From: Vicinamibacteria bacterium
GTDB taxonomy: Bacteria; Acidobacteriota; Vicinamibacteria; Marinacidobacterales; Marinacidobacteraceae
Assembly (NCBI GenBank): GCA_963555995.3
Contig: OY821641.1
Location: 1,792,001-1,856,000, forward strand
Length of the DNA: 64,000 nt
Reading direction: 5' to 3'
A program made the translations under genes and the position numbers. Below are positions 39,138 to 49,287 of this stretch, piece by piece (position 1 is the stretch's first letter; each line of letters begins with the position of its first letter). Under the pieces are notes generated by a model, which worked only from the letters and a program-made list of their open reading frames with translations, was not told the origin of the DNA and searched no databases.

Positions 39138-39401
39138 ATGCGCACCACCGTCAACCTCCCGGACGACCTCCTGCAGGACCTGAAGGAACTCAGCCGGGCT
39201 CGCAAGACTTCGCTCACCGCCACGGTGACCGAGGTCCTGCGAGCCGGGCTCGCACGGATCGCGAAGCCGCGCGCCAAGCGCCGGTACCGGGAGAAAACCT
39301 ACGACATGGGCGTTCCCAGGGTGGACCTCACCAAGGCGCTGCGACTCGCCGCCCAGTTGGAAGACGAAGAGATCATCCGGAAGATGAAGCAGGGCAAGTG
39401 A
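39138..39401 (+). CDS. vapB: VapB-like RHH antitoxin
   Basis: MRTTVNLPDDLL RHH; overlaps the PIN gene. Confidence 0.85.
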   Translation: MRTTVNLPDDLLQDLKELSRARKTSLTATVTEVLRAGLARIAKPRAKRRYREKTYDMGVPRVDLTKALRLAAQLEDEEIIRKMKQGK

Positions 39402-39832
39402 AGGTCGTTGACGCGAACGTCCTGCTCTACGCCTCGAATCGCGCTGCCGCACACCACCGTCGGGCGCTCGCCTGGTGGGAGTCCGCGCTGGAGGGGGATG
39501 AGCCCGTGGGACTCCCGTGGGTATCGCTACTCGCCTTCCTGCGATTGAGCACCAAGCCGGGGATCTTTCCGCAGGCGCTCTCCGTGGCGGAGGCCGGCGC
39601 CAAGGTCAGGCGCTGGCTGGCGCAACCCATGGTGCGGCTGATCCGTGAAACCGACGAGCACGCGGAGTGTCTGCTGGCGCTGCTCGGCGAGACGGGGACG
39701 GCGGGCGATCTCACCACCGACGCCCATATCGCCGCGCTGGCGTTCTGCCGCGGCGCCACCGTCGTCAGCTTCGACGGCGATTTCAGCCACTTCCCCCAGG
39801 TGCGCTGGATGGTTCCGCCGCCCCTCGCTTGA
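39398..39832 (+). CDS. vapC: VapC PIN-domain toxin
   Basis: VDANVLLYA, TDAHIAALA, SFDGDF. Confidence 0.92.
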   Translation: MKVVDANVLLYASNRAAAHHRRALAWWESALEGDEPVGLPWVSLLAFLRLSTKPGIFPQALSVAEAGAKVRRWLAQPMVRLIRETDEHAECLLALLGETGTAGDLTTDAHIAALAFCRGATVVSFDGDFSHFPQVRWMVPPPLA

Positions 39833-41339
39833 CGTTCGCCGCTCCGTCGGCGGGGGTCTCCCGGAGGCCCCACTTCCGGCCTTTCCTCCGCGCGCGGCCC
39901 TCGCACTCCAGCTTGCGGAGCCCGGAGGTCAACGCCATCTCCGCCAGCCGGCGACCCGGCCCCACGCGCGGAACCTCGCTCGTCGGATAGACCCTGAGGC
40001 CGATGGCCCGCAGGCTCGCCGGCTCCGCGCCCAGCGCCTCGAGCACGCGCGCCTCGCGCGCCTCCCGGTGCTGGAGCTGCCCCCGGAGGAGGTCGGCCCC
40101 CGCCACCACCGGGACCCCGTGGCCCGGGTACACCACTCCCCGGCACTCCGCCGCGAGCCGCCGCAGCGAGTCCATGTACTGCCCGAGGTCGCCGTCCTCC
40201 GGCGAAATCAGGATCGAGGACAGCGAGGACACCATGTCCCCGGCGACCATCGCCCCGTAGCGGCTCTCCACGAACGCCAGGTGCCCGGGCGCGTGCCCGG
40301 GCACGAACCGCACCCCGAGGGTCCAGCCGGGCGACCCGTCGGGGGCGTCGCCGAGATCGAGCACGTCGCCCTCGCCCAGCTCCCGCACCCCGCCGGGCGG
40401 CGCGGGAATCCGCGCCAGGGTCTCGGGATGGGCGCCCGCGGGAACCCCGTAGCGCGCCGAAGCGGCGGCGACCGAGCCGATGTGGTCGGGGTGGTGGTGC
40501 GTCACCAGTACGCCCTCGATCCGGTCGCCGGGCCCGAGCAGCCGGTCCACCATCTCGAACAGCATCTCCCGTTCCGCGCGCCGCTCCGCCGCCGGGTCCA
40601 CGAGATAGCGGCGGGCCGTTCCGACGAGGACGGCGTTTGTGTGGGTGGCGGGCGGCAGCGTCCGGGTCCGGCAGGGAATGACCGCGATGCCGGGGGAATA
40701 GCGGACCGCCGGCCGCAGCCGCCCCTCTTCCCGGTTGCGGCTGCGGAAGACCGCGTTGTCGGGCGACCAGCGCTCCAGCAGGCCGATGATGGGCGGCGCG
40801 AGCGCCATCTCCCCCCCGAGCCAGGCGTCGAGCGCCGCCTCCGGCGTGCGCATCGCCGCGTCCACGATCTCGCCGGGCCAGACCGCCGGTTCCGTCCCCT
40901 CCGGCAGCGGCAGCCGGTAGAAGCGGGTATCGAAACGGAAGGGCGCCGACTCCGGGGTCACGAGGTCCTCGACCGGTGCGAACCGGGAGGCGGCGATCTC
41001 CGCGCCGGAGCGTTCGAGGATCGCCGGCAACCCGGTCTCGCCGGAGAGCAGGCCACGGCGCATGGCGTCCCACGCGGCGGGAGGCAGTTCGCGCCCCCCC
41101 GCCCCCAGGAACACCCCGGTCTCCTCGAACACCTCCCGCACCGCCGCCGCGATCCGGGCCGCTTCCTCCGTGTCCCCGGCCCCGGTCACCGGGGTGTCGC
41201 GGTCGGCCGGCGAGAGCGTCCCCCCCGGAAACGCCCAGAGGTTCGCGAACGCCTTCAGCCGGGGCGAACGCCGCACCAGCAGCACCTCGTCCCCGCGGGT
41301 GAGCATCACGGAGACCGCGCGGCGCGGCGGGTTCTTCAT
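39783..41339 (-). CDS. NUDIX hydrolase fused to a metallo-beta-lactamase (LACTB2-like)
   Basis: FPGG...REVFEETG Nudix box; RFDTRFY; THHHPDHIG, PGHAPGH, AGD, PGHG. Confidence 0.9.
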   Translation of the reverse strand: MKNPPRRAVSVMLTRGDEVLLVRRSPRLKAFANLWAFPGGTLSPADRDTPVTGAGDTEEAARIAAAVREVFEETGVFLGAGGRELPPAAWDAMRRGLLSGETGLPAILERSGAEIAASRFAPVEDLVTPESAPFRFDTRFYRLPLPEGTEPAVWPGEIVDAAMRTPEAALDAWLGGEMALAPPIIGLLERWSPDNAVFRSRNREEGRLRPAVRYSPGIAVIPCRTRTLPPATHTNAVLVGTARRYLVDPAAERRAEREMLFEMVDRLLGPGDRIEGVLVTHHHPDHIGSVAAASARYGVPAGAHPETLARIPAPPGGVRELGEGDVLDLGDAPDGSPGWTLGVRFVPGHAPGHLAFVESRYGAMVAGDMVSSLSSILISPEDGDLGQYMDSLRRLAAECRGVVYPGHGVPVVAGADLLRGQLQHREAREARVLEALGAEPASLRAIGLRVYPTSEVPRVGPGRRLAEMALTSGLRKLECEGRARRKGRKWGLRETPADGAANVKRGAAEPSSAPGGSG

Positions 41340-41527
41340 CGCGGGGGAGCATAAGAGCCCGTGGACAAGGTGACGTGAACGCCGAGGCGCGCGGCGCCGT
41401 CGCCGTCAAAACGCGGCCCCCGTCGAACGTCAACCAGCGAAGTCGCGCCGCGCCTGGGAGCGCCGGCCAGTTGCCGTGCAAGAGCGGCTCCCGCGGGTCC
41501 GCCAACAGCCGTGAGGACGCTGCCGCC

Positions 41528-41728
41528 GGGAACGCCGGCTTCAGCCGGCACAGCCCGCCGAAGGCGGGCGGCGGGAAGGATCTCGTCTGCCGGGACGGCG
41601 CGAAGGCCGGGAACGCGGACCACCCGTTCTTTCGTGGCGCCTTGCCCGGCCACGCGCCGGGCGGGCCGGAGGCGTCCGTCGTTCCGTTGCGCGCTGCGCA
41701 GCGGGTGCCGGCTGAAGCCGGCGCTCCC
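41528..41728. repeat. REPIN
   Basis: GGGAACGCCGGCTTCAGCCGGC ... GCCGGCTGAAGCCGGCGCTCCC. Confidence 0.8.
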
Positions 41729-41835
41729 AGCCGTTTCCGCCACTTTCAGGACGGGCGGGGTGCACACGCGCATGGGCGTTTCTCCCGGTGGGGTGCGCCG
41801 AAGGCCGCCGATCTGGAAGCTGCGAACATACCGGG

Positions 41836-42717
41836 ATGCACGAACCCACCGGAGTCCCGTTCGGCGGACTGCTCGCGTCCGGGGCGGACGCCGAGCGGGC
41901 TCCCGCCTCGCTGCTCGGCGTCATGGACGCCACCCAGTCCACCTACCGGGACCGCTGCGCCGAAGCGCCGCCCGCCATCCGGACGGCCTACGACGGCGCC
42001 TGCTACAACACGGTCTCGGAAACGGGCGTGGACTGCGCCGGGAGCGTCCTGGACCTCGGCGACCTGCGCCCGGCGGGAGGAAGCTTCCGCGAGGATGCGA
42101 CCCGCTACACCGCCGCGGTGGCGGCGGAACTCGAGCGGGGCCGCACTCCCTTCATCCTGGGCGGCGACCACGCCATCACCCCCGCCCTGGTGGCCGCCTA
42201 CGCCGGGCGGGGTCCCCTCCACGTGGTGCAGTGGGACGCCCATCCCGACATGTACCCCGACTTCGAAGGCAACCGGGACTCGCACGCCTGCGTCGCGGCG
42301 CGTCTCCTCGAAATGCCGCACGTCGCGACCATCACCCAGATCGGCATCCGCACCGAGACCGCGGTGCAGCGCGGGGTCCGGGAAGCGGCGGGCGGGCGCG
42401 TCACCCAGATTCCGGCGTGGGAGGCGGAGAAGCGCGCGGCGCTGCTGGCGCACCTCCCGGAGGACGCCGCGATCTACCTGACCGTGGACATGGACGGCTT
42501 CGACCCCGCGTTCGCGCCGGCGGTGGCGCACCCGGTGCCGGCCGGCCTCTCCGCCCGCGCCGGACTCGAACTCGTCAAGGAGACCGGGGCCGCCGCCCGC
42601 CGGCTCGCGGGGATGGACGTCGTGGAAGCCTGTCCCGACGACCGGGACGACCGCACCCTGATCCTCGCCGCCCGCCTCATCCACGAAGGCGTGGCCATCG
42701 TCCTCTCGCGCCGCTGA
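41836..42717 (+). CDS. Arginase/agmatinase-family ureohydrolase
   Basis: LGGDHAIT, WDAHPD, SHA, DMDGFDP, GMDVVE. Confidence 0.9.
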   Translation: MHEPTGVPFGGLLASGADAERAPASLLGVMDATQSTYRDRCAEAPPAIRTAYDGACYNTVSETGVDCAGSVLDLGDLRPAGGSFREDATRYTAAVAAELERGRTPFILGGDHAITPALVAAYAGRGPLHVVQWDAHPDMYPDFEGNRDSHACVAARLLEMPHVATITQIGIRTETAVQRGVREAAGGRVTQIPAWEAEKRAALLAHLPEDAAIYLTVDMDGFDPAFAPAVAHPVPAGLSARAGLELVKETGAAARRLAGMDVVEACPDDRDDRTLILAARLIHEGVAIVLSRR

Positions 42718-42784
42718 CGCAACCGGTGGGACCGCCGGCCGCGGACGTCGTGACGGACCTCATCTGCCGGGACGGCGCAACGGC

Positions 42785-42943
42785 TTGGAACGCCGGCTTC
42801 AGCCGGCACAGCCCGCCGCCGGCGGGCGGCGGCGCAAACCTCATCCGTGGAGGTGGGACACCGCCCGGAACATCCGGCAGCACGGCGATTCGCCGTTCCG
42901 CTGCGCTCCGCGCAGCGGGTGCCGGCTGAAGCCGGCGTTCCAA
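42785..42943. repeat. REPIN between convergent genes
   Basis: TTGGAACGCCGGCTTCAGCCGGC ... exact inverse. Confidence 0.8.
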
Positions 42944-42956
42944 GCCGGAGGCGCCG

Positions 42957-44252
42957 TCAGGGCGAGGCGATCAACGCCTCGATCTCGTCGTCGGTGAGGA
43001 GCCGCCGCGCCTCCTTGGCGGCGCGGAAGATCCGGTGCTTCAGCTCGTCGGTCGGTTCGTGGCCGTGTTTTTCCAGCCAGTAGATGACGTTCGAGAGGCC
43101 GCTCATCGGCCCCACTTCCACCTGCTGGTGGAGGCCGTAGTCCCCGGCCGGGACGCCCGAATAGACGCGGTCGGCGAGCCAGTCGTCGCCCTTGGCCATC
43201 GCCTTGATGATGGCGGCGGCGTGCACGCCGGTCCCGGTCCGGAAGGCGTCCTTGCCCACCACCGGGTAACCGGCCGGGATCCGCGTTCCCGTCGCCTCGG
43301 AGACGGTGCGGCAGTAGTCCGCGAGGTGCGTGAGGTCGTTTTCGATCCAGCCGAGCAGCCGCAGGTTCACGAGCAACTGGTCCATGGGGGTGTTGCCGCA
43401 GCGTTCCCCGATGCCGATCGCCGTCCCGTGGACGCAATCGGCGCCGGCCTCGATCGCGGTGAGGCTGTTCGGGACGGACAGCCCGCGGTCCCGGTGCCCG
43501 TGCCAATCGAGCTGCACGTCCTCACCGGTGTCGGCAATGACCTCCCGGACGAACTGGAGGAGCCGCGTGACCCCGTCGGGGGTGGCGTGCCCCACCGTGT
43601 CGCAGACGACGACCCGCCGGGCCCCCGACTCGATCGCGACCGTGTAGAGGCGGCGGACGCTCTCGGGGCGCGCCCTGGTGGTGTCCTCGGTCACGTACAT
43701 GGGCGGCACGCCGTGGGCGACCGCCCACTTCACCGCTTTTTCGGTGTGGCGGAGCAGCAGGTCGAGGTCCCAGTCCTCGGCGTACTGGCGGATCGGGCTG
43801 GACCCGATGAACATGGCCACCTCGATCGGCATGCCGACCGCATCGGCCACCCGTGCGATCGGCTCGATGTCGGAGATCACCGTCCGCGCCGCGCAGTTCG
43901 GGCGGATCCGCATCCGGTGGTTCGCGATCTCGCGGGCGAGGTGGAGCACCTGCTCTTCCACGTGCGGGCCGGCGGCCGGAAGCCCGATATCGGCCGAATC
44001 AATGCCGAGCGACTCCATGAGGTGGAGCACCTCGGCCTTCTTCTCCAGCGTCGGGGACGTCACCGACGGGCTCTGGAGCCCGTCGCGGAGCGTCTCGTCG
44101 TTCAGCTTGACCGGCTTCGGAGGGAACCAGGCGCGGGCGGGATCCGGCCGGTTCCAGTCATAAATGAGGGCGTCCGTGGTGGGAACGCCGCCGTTCCCCG
44201 ACGAAAATCGCGGTTCGCCCCGTTCCTCGAGGTTCCGGGCCGGGTCCGTCAT
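42957..44252 (-). CDS. LeuA-like DRE-TIM acyltransferase (isopropylmalate/homocitrate/citramalate synthase family)
   Basis: DETLRDGLQ, YVTEDTTR, CDTVGH, WHGHRDRG, GIGERCGN. Confidence 0.85.
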   Translation of the reverse strand: MTDPARNLEERGEPRFSSGNGGVPTTDALIYDWNRPDPARAWFPPKPVKLNDETLRDGLQSPSVTSPTLEKKAEVLHLMESLGIDSADIGLPAAGPHVEEQVLHLAREIANHRMRIRPNCAARTVISDIEPIARVADAVGMPIEVAMFIGSSPIRQYAEDWDLDLLLRHTEKAVKWAVAHGVPPMYVTEDTTRARPESVRRLYTVAIESGARRVVVCDTVGHATPDGVTRLLQFVREVIADTGEDVQLDWHGHRDRGLSVPNSLTAIEAGADCVHGTAIGIGERCGNTPMDQLLVNLRLLGWIENDLTHLADYCRTVSEATGTRIPAGYPVVGKDAFRTGTGVHAAAIIKAMAKGDDWLADRVYSGVPAGDYGLHQQVEVGPMSGLSNVIYWLEKHGHEPTDELKHRIFRAAKEARRLLTDDEIEALIASP

Positions 44253-44270
44253 CGGGTGCGCCCGTCAACC

Positions 44271-45062
44271 TCACGCGCCGAGCCCGGGGATCGTCGCGCC
44301 CAGCGCGTGGAAGCCGCTGTCCACGTGGAGCACCTCGCCGGTGACCCCCCGCGCGGCGTCGGACAGCAGGAACGCCGCCGCGTCCCCCACCTCCGTCGGA
44401 TCGGTGCCGGCGCGGAGCGGCGCGTGCTCGCGGTAGTGCTCGACCATCTTGCCGATCCCGGAGACGCCGGACGCGGCGAGCGTCTTCGCCGGGCCGGCCG
44501 AGATCGCGTTCACCCGGACGCCGCGCGGCCCCAGGTCGCTCGCCAGGTAGCGCACCGAGGACTCCAGCGCCGCCTTCGCCACCCCCATCACGTTGTAGTG
44601 GGGAACCGCGCGCTCGCCGCCCAGATAGCTGAGGGTGAGCGCGGAGCCGCCCCCGTCTGCTTCGAGCAGCGGCGCGAAATGGCGGACGAGCGCGGTCAGC
44701 GAATAGACCGAGATGTCATGGGCGACCCGGAAGCCTTCGCGGGAGGTGGAAACGAAGTCGCCCTCGAGGTCTTCGCGCAGCGCGTAGGCGACGGCGTGGA
44801 CGAGGAAGTCGAGCCCGCCGAAGCGCTCGCGGACGGTCTCGGCGGCGCTTTCGAGCTGCTCCTCGCTCGAGACGTCGAGCGGCAGGGTGAGCGTGCCCGG
44901 GATCTGCGCCGCCAGCTTGTCCACGTTCCGCTGGAGCCGCTCGTTCTGGAAGCTGAGGGCGAGCGCCGCGCCCTCCCGCGCCGCGGAGCGGGCGATCCCC
45001 CACGCGAAGGAGCGGTGGTTCGCGACCCCGACGATCAGTCCTCGTTTGTTCTCAAGCAGCAC
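44271..45062 (-). CDS. fabI: Enoyl-ACP reductase
   Basis: GVANHRSFAWGIA, YNVMGVAKAALE, RVNAISAGP. Confidence 0.95.
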   Translation of the reverse strand: MLLENKRGLIVGVANHRSFAWGIARSAAREGAALALSFQNERLQRNVDKLAAQIPGTLTLPLDVSSEEQLESAAETVRERFGGLDFLVHAVAYALREDLEGDFVSTSREGFRVAHDISVYSLTALVRHFAPLLEADGGGSALTLSYLGGERAVPHYNVMGVAKAALESSVRYLASDLGPRGVRVNAISAGPAKTLAASGVSGIGKMVEHYREHAPLRAGTDPTEVGDAAAFLLSDAARGVTGEVLHVDSGFHALGATIPGLGA

Positions 45063-45080
45063 GGTCTTTCACTTTAGCAG

Positions 45081-46643
45081 TCACCGCGCCGTTCCCACCC
45101 GTGGCTCCCGCATCGGGATGGCCCCACTCGCTTCGAGCCAGGCGGCCAGCCGGATGACGGCGAAATCCGCTCCCGGACCGCCGACGAGCTGCGCCCCGAG
45201 CGGCATGCCCGGCGCATCGAAGCCCGCCGGCGTCGAGAGGGCCGGGAGTCCGGTGAAGTTGAAGGGGCCGACCAGGCGGATGAGCCCGGGACGGATGTCC
45301 TCCGCGGTCGCGAGCGGCTCCCCCGCCTCCGGGGCGCCCGCCGGGGTGGACGGGACCACCAGCACGTCCACGTCCTCGAAGAGCCGCGCGAACGCGCCGG
45401 CGACGAGGCGCCGGCCCCGGAGCGCGGTGATGAGGTCGGCAGCGGACAACACGCCTCCGACATCCAGGAGCCGCCGGACGTCCTCGCTGATGTCGTCCGG
45501 CCGGGCCGCCAGCCGCTCCCGGTGGACCACCGCCGCCTCCCCGAAGGCGAGCACGTTCCGGCAGACGCCGCTCAACTCCACTTCCGGGATCCTCACTTCG
45601 ACGCGCTCCGCCCCCAGCCCGACGAGCGCCGCGACGATGCCGTCCGCCGCCCCGCGGGCGTCCCGGACCAGGTCGGTGTAGAAGAAATCGAGCGGCACCC
45701 CGACCCGCACCCCGGCGAGGGGCTCCGAACCCGCGGCGCGCGGCGACGCCGGGCCGGGAGACCGGCCCGAGAGGACCTCGAAGAGGAGGGCGATGTCCCC
45801 GGCGCTCCGGGCGATGGGCCCGACGTGATCGAGGCTCCACGACAGCGGGGTCACGCCCGCCCGGGACACGGCGCCATAGGACGGTTTCAGGCCGAAGACC
45901 CCGTTGAGCGACGCCGGGATGCGGATGGATCCCCCGGTATCGGTCCCCACCGAGCCGTAGCCCATGCCGGTGGCCACCGCCACCGCGGAACCGGAGGACG
46001 ACCCGCCCGGGATGCGCGCCGGATCGTGCGGGTTCCGGGTCCTCCCGAAGGTCGGGTTGTCGCCGCTGACGCCGAAGGCGAACTCCTGCAGGTTGTTCTT
46101 GCCGAGCAGGATGGCCCCGGCGTCGGCGAGCCGCCCCCAGGCCGGAGCGCTCCGGGCCGCCTCGTGCGGGAACTTCGACCCCGAGGTGGTGGTCATCCCG
46201 GCGACGTCCACGATGTCCTTGACGCTGAGGGGGATCCCGAGGAGGGGCCGCCCGCCGCCCCCCTGCCCCGACGCGCCCGGCGACCCGGTCAGCCGCCGCG
46301 CCTCCGCGAGCGCCTCTTCTTCCCGGAGCTTCAGGAAAGCGCCGAGATGGCGCCCCGCCCGCGCGCGTTCGAGCGCCTCCTCGACCAGGTCCACCGCCGA
46401 GCGGCGCCCCGCGGCGAGGTCGGCGCGCGCGGCGGCGATCGTCCCCGGCGCGGAATCCGCCGGCGGCGCCGGAACCCCGGCCGCCCTCGGGCGGCTCCTG
46501 TCGGGGAGCGCGCCGGCGGCCAGCTCGCCGGCTGTCAGCGGCTCCGGAGGGTCCGGCAGCCGCGCGAACGCCCGTTCGACCGCTTCGAGTTCCTTCCGCA
46601 GCGCGTCGGCCCGTTCCTCGGCGGCGGCCAGCCGTTTTGTCAT
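45081..46643 (-). CDS. Amidase signature family enzyme
   Basis: GIPLSVKD, PGGSSSGSA, GTDTGGSIRIPAS. Confidence 0.92.
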   Translation of the reverse strand: MTKRLAAAEERADALRKELEAVERAFARLPDPPEPLTAGELAAGALPDRSRPRAAGVPAPPADSAPGTIAAARADLAAGRRSAVDLVEEALERARAGRHLGAFLKLREEEALAEARRLTGSPGASGQGGGGRPLLGIPLSVKDIVDVAGMTTTSGSKFPHEAARSAPAWGRLADAGAILLGKNNLQEFAFGVSGDNPTFGRTRNPHDPARIPGGSSSGSAVAVATGMGYGSVGTDTGGSIRIPASLNGVFGLKPSYGAVSRAGVTPLSWSLDHVGPIARSAGDIALLFEVLSGRSPGPASPRAAGSEPLAGVRVGVPLDFFYTDLVRDARGAADGIVAALVGLGAERVEVRIPEVELSGVCRNVLAFGEAAVVHRERLAARPDDISEDVRRLLDVGGVLSAADLITALRGRRLVAGAFARLFEDVDVLVVPSTPAGAPEAGEPLATAEDIRPGLIRLVGPFNFTGLPALSTPAGFDAPGMPLGAQLVGGPGADFAVIRLAAWLEASGAIPMREPRVGTAR

Positions 46644-49258
46644 CCGGACTCGGTTTCCCGCGCCGCCGCCAGTTCCTCCGGGGTCACGTCCCCGGCGGCG
46701 AGCCGCCGCAGCTCCTCCTCCCCGCCGACCGGCACCCCCAGCCCCCGGGCCTTCTCCAGCTTGGAGCCGGCGCGTTCGCCGGCCACCACGAGCGACGTGC
46801 GGCTGCTGACGCTCGAGACCACCCGCCCGCCGTGGCGTTCGACGAGTTCCCCGGCTTCCTCGCGGGTGAGCCCGGCGAGTGTCCCGGTCAGCACGATCCT
46901 GAGGCCCGAAAGCGTGGACTCTCCCGTCGCCTCCCAGACCGGGGCCACCCCCGAGCGGGCGAGGTCCTCCAGCTCCCGCCGGTTCGCCTCGTCCGCGAAG
47001 AAGCCCGTCACCGCGTCGGCCACCTGCTCGCCGACCTCGTGCACCTCAAGGAGCGCTTCCCGGTCCGCCGCCGCCAGCCGCTCCAGCGACCCGTAGCGCG
47101 CGGCGAGCACCCGCGCCACGTGCTGGCCGACGTGCGGGATGCCGAGCGCGAACAGGAACCGGTCGAGCCGCACGCCGCGGCTCTCCTCCAGCTCCCGGAG
47201 CAGGTTCGCCGCCGACTTCTCGGCGAACGGACGGCGCCGGCGCTCGGGCAGCGCGAGGAGGTCCGCTTCCGTCAACCCGAAGAGATCCGCCGGGCGGGCC
47301 ACCCGGCCCGAATGCACCAGGTCGGCGGCGATCCCTTCGCTCAGCCTCGGCAGGTCGAGAGCGTTCCTGTCCGCGAGCCGGGCGATCGCGGCGGCGAGGG
47401 CGGCGGGCTCCCAGCGGAAGGGCTCGTCCCGGCGCTGCCCTCCGGCCGCGCCCCGCACCACCCCGGCCTCGACCAGGTCCTCCAGCAGGGCGCGCTTGCC
47501 GGGCGAGGCCAGCGCCTTCAGCGCCTCGTCGGCGCGGCCCGCCGGTCCTTCGCCGGCCCGGCGTTCCGCGTGCGCCCGGAGGGCGGCCAGGTCGAAGTCC
47601 CGCGCCATCGTCTCCGCCCGCGTCGGGCCGACTCCGGGCAGGCCCAGCGCCACCAGCACCCTCCCGAGCGGCGCGTTCCGGGCCGCGCCGAGGCGGCGGA
47701 CCAGCTCCGCCGCGCCAGCGGGATCGAAGGGCCGGCCGGCGGGCTGCGGCGGCACCGCGAGGAGCTTCTCCCGGGTCAGCCGGTACAGGTCCCCCGGCGA
47801 CCGCACGAATCCGCACTCGACGAGGAGTTCCACGAGTTCGTCGCCGAGGGTCTCGATCTCCATGCCGCCCTTGCCGACGAAATGGACCAGCCGGGCCTTC
47901 CGCTGCGCGGGGCAGCTCCAGCCTCCGGAACAGAAGTGGTTGGCGCCTTCCGCCAGCACCGGCCTGCCGCATTCGGGACACCCGGGCGGCATGGACCAGG
48001 GCGCCGCGTCTTCCTCGCGGGCGCGGGAGACGACCTCCACGACCTGCGGGATGACGTCTCCCGCCCGCTGGATGCGGACGCGGTCGCCGGGCTGCGCCCC
48101 GAGCGCCTGGACCATCCCCTCGTTGTGGAGCGTGGCGCGGCTCACCGTCACCCCGGAGACGAGCACCGCATCCAGCCGCGCCACCGGGGTGAGCTTCCCG
48201 GTGCGTCCCACCTGCACGTCAATGGCGAGGAGCGTCGTCTCCGCCTGCCCCGGCGGGAACTTGAAGGCGACCGCCCAGCGGGGATTCCGGGACCGCTCGC
48301 CCAACTCTTCCTGGTCGGCGATCCGGTCCAGCTTGACCACCGCCCCGTCGAGTTCCACGGTGAACCGGTCCCGTCCCTCGATCAGGAGGCGGTGGTAGGC
48401 GAGGACCCGACCGGGGCCGCGTCCCACCTCCCACCAGACGGACCGCCGGCCCGTTGCGCGGCCGCCGTCCCCGCGCGACTCCGGCGCCACCCGGAACCCG
48501 AACCCGGCGAGGGTGCGGAGCACCCCGGACTGCGTCTCGGGCGCCGCGAGCCCGCCGTCGTCCCAGACCAGGATGTCGTAGGCGTAGAGCGCCAGCGGAC
48601 GGGCGGCCGCAATTCCCGGGTCGAGCTGGCGCAGCGAGCCGGCCGCCGCGTTCCTCGGGTTCTTGAAGGTGTCCTTCCCGGCACGCTCGAGACCCTCGTT
48701 CATGCGTTCGAAGTCGGCCACCGGCAGGACGGCTTCGCCGCGCACCGCGAGCCGCTCCGGCGTTCCGTCCCCGGCAAGCCGGAGGGGCAGCGACCGGATG
48801 GTCCGCAGGTTGGCGGTGATGTCCTCCCCGATCGCGCCGTTCCCCCGCGTCGCCCCGCGCACGAACCGGCCGTCCGCATAGACGAGTTCCACCGAGAGCC
48901 CGTCGAACTTCGGCTCGAGGCAGTAGTCGAGGTCGTCCCGGCCGATCTCCCGCTCCATCCGGTCCGTGAACTCGCGCAGCTCGGTCTCGTCGTGGATGCT
49001 CTGGAGCGAGAGCATCGGCGCCTCGTGGCGGACTTCCGGGAACCCCTCGGCCACCGCGCCGCCGACGCGCTGGGTGGGCGAGTCGGGGGTGACGAGTTCC
49101 GGGTGGTCCCGCTCCAGTCCCTCCAGTTCCCGGAAGAGCGCGTCGTAGTCGTGGTCCGCGATCTCCGGCGCGTCGAGGACGTAGTAGCGGTGGTCGTGAT
49201 GGCGGATCGCGTCCACGAGTTCCCGGTGCCGCCCGGCCGGGTCGCGACCTGTCTTCAC
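46640..49258 (-). CDS. ligA: NAD-dependent DNA ligase with duplicated HhH block
   Basis: EPKFDG, TRGNG, NPRNAAAGSLRQLD, VGRTG, C4 zinc finger, BRCT (VLTGTL...AGSKLEKA); GTG 49258. Confidence 0.95.
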   Translation of the reverse strand: MKTGRDPAGRHRELVDAIRHHDHRYYVLDAPEIADHDYDALFRELEGLERDHPELVTPDSPTQRVGGAVAEGFPEVRHEAPMLSLQSIHDETELREFTDRMEREIGRDDLDYCLEPKFDGLSVELVYADGRFVRGATRGNGAIGEDITANLRTIRSLPLRLAGDGTPERLAVRGEAVLPVADFERMNEGLERAGKDTFKNPRNAAAGSLRQLDPGIAAARPLALYAYDILVWDDGGLAAPETQSGVLRTLAGFGFRVAPESRGDGGRATGRRSVWWEVGRGPGRVLAYHRLLIEGRDRFTVELDGAVVKLDRIADQEELGERSRNPRWAVAFKFPPGQAETTLLAIDVQVGRTGKLTPVARLDAVLVSGVTVSRATLHNEGMVQALGAQPGDRVRIQRAGDVIPQVVEVVSRAREEDAAPWSMPPGCPECGRPVLAEGANHFCSGGWSCPAQRKARLVHFVGKGGMEIETLGDELVELLVECGFVRSPGDLYRLTREKLLAVPPQPAGRPFDPAGAAELVRRLGAARNAPLGRVLVALGLPGVGPTRAETMARDFDLAALRAHAERRAGEGPAGRADEALKALASPGKRALLEDLVEAGVVRGAAGGQRRDEPFRWEPAALAAAIARLADRNALDLPRLSEGIAADLVHSGRVARPADLFGLTEADLLALPERRRRPFAEKSAANLLRELEESRGVRLDRFLFALGIPHVGQHVARVLAARYGSLERLAAADREALLEVHEVGEQVADAVTGFFADEANRRELEDLARSGVAPVWEATGESTLSGLRIVLTGTLAGLTREEAGELVERHGGRVVSSVSSRTSLVVAGERAGSKLEKARGLGVPVGGEEELRRLAAGDVTPEELAAARETESG

Positions 49259-49287
49259 GGCGCCTCCGCCCTGATAGCAGCGCCGGC

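Noticed and set aside
41375-41835. ORFs in the NUDIX-MBL/agmatinase intergenic region
   Set aside because: Translations are REPIN-derived with no protein-like signal
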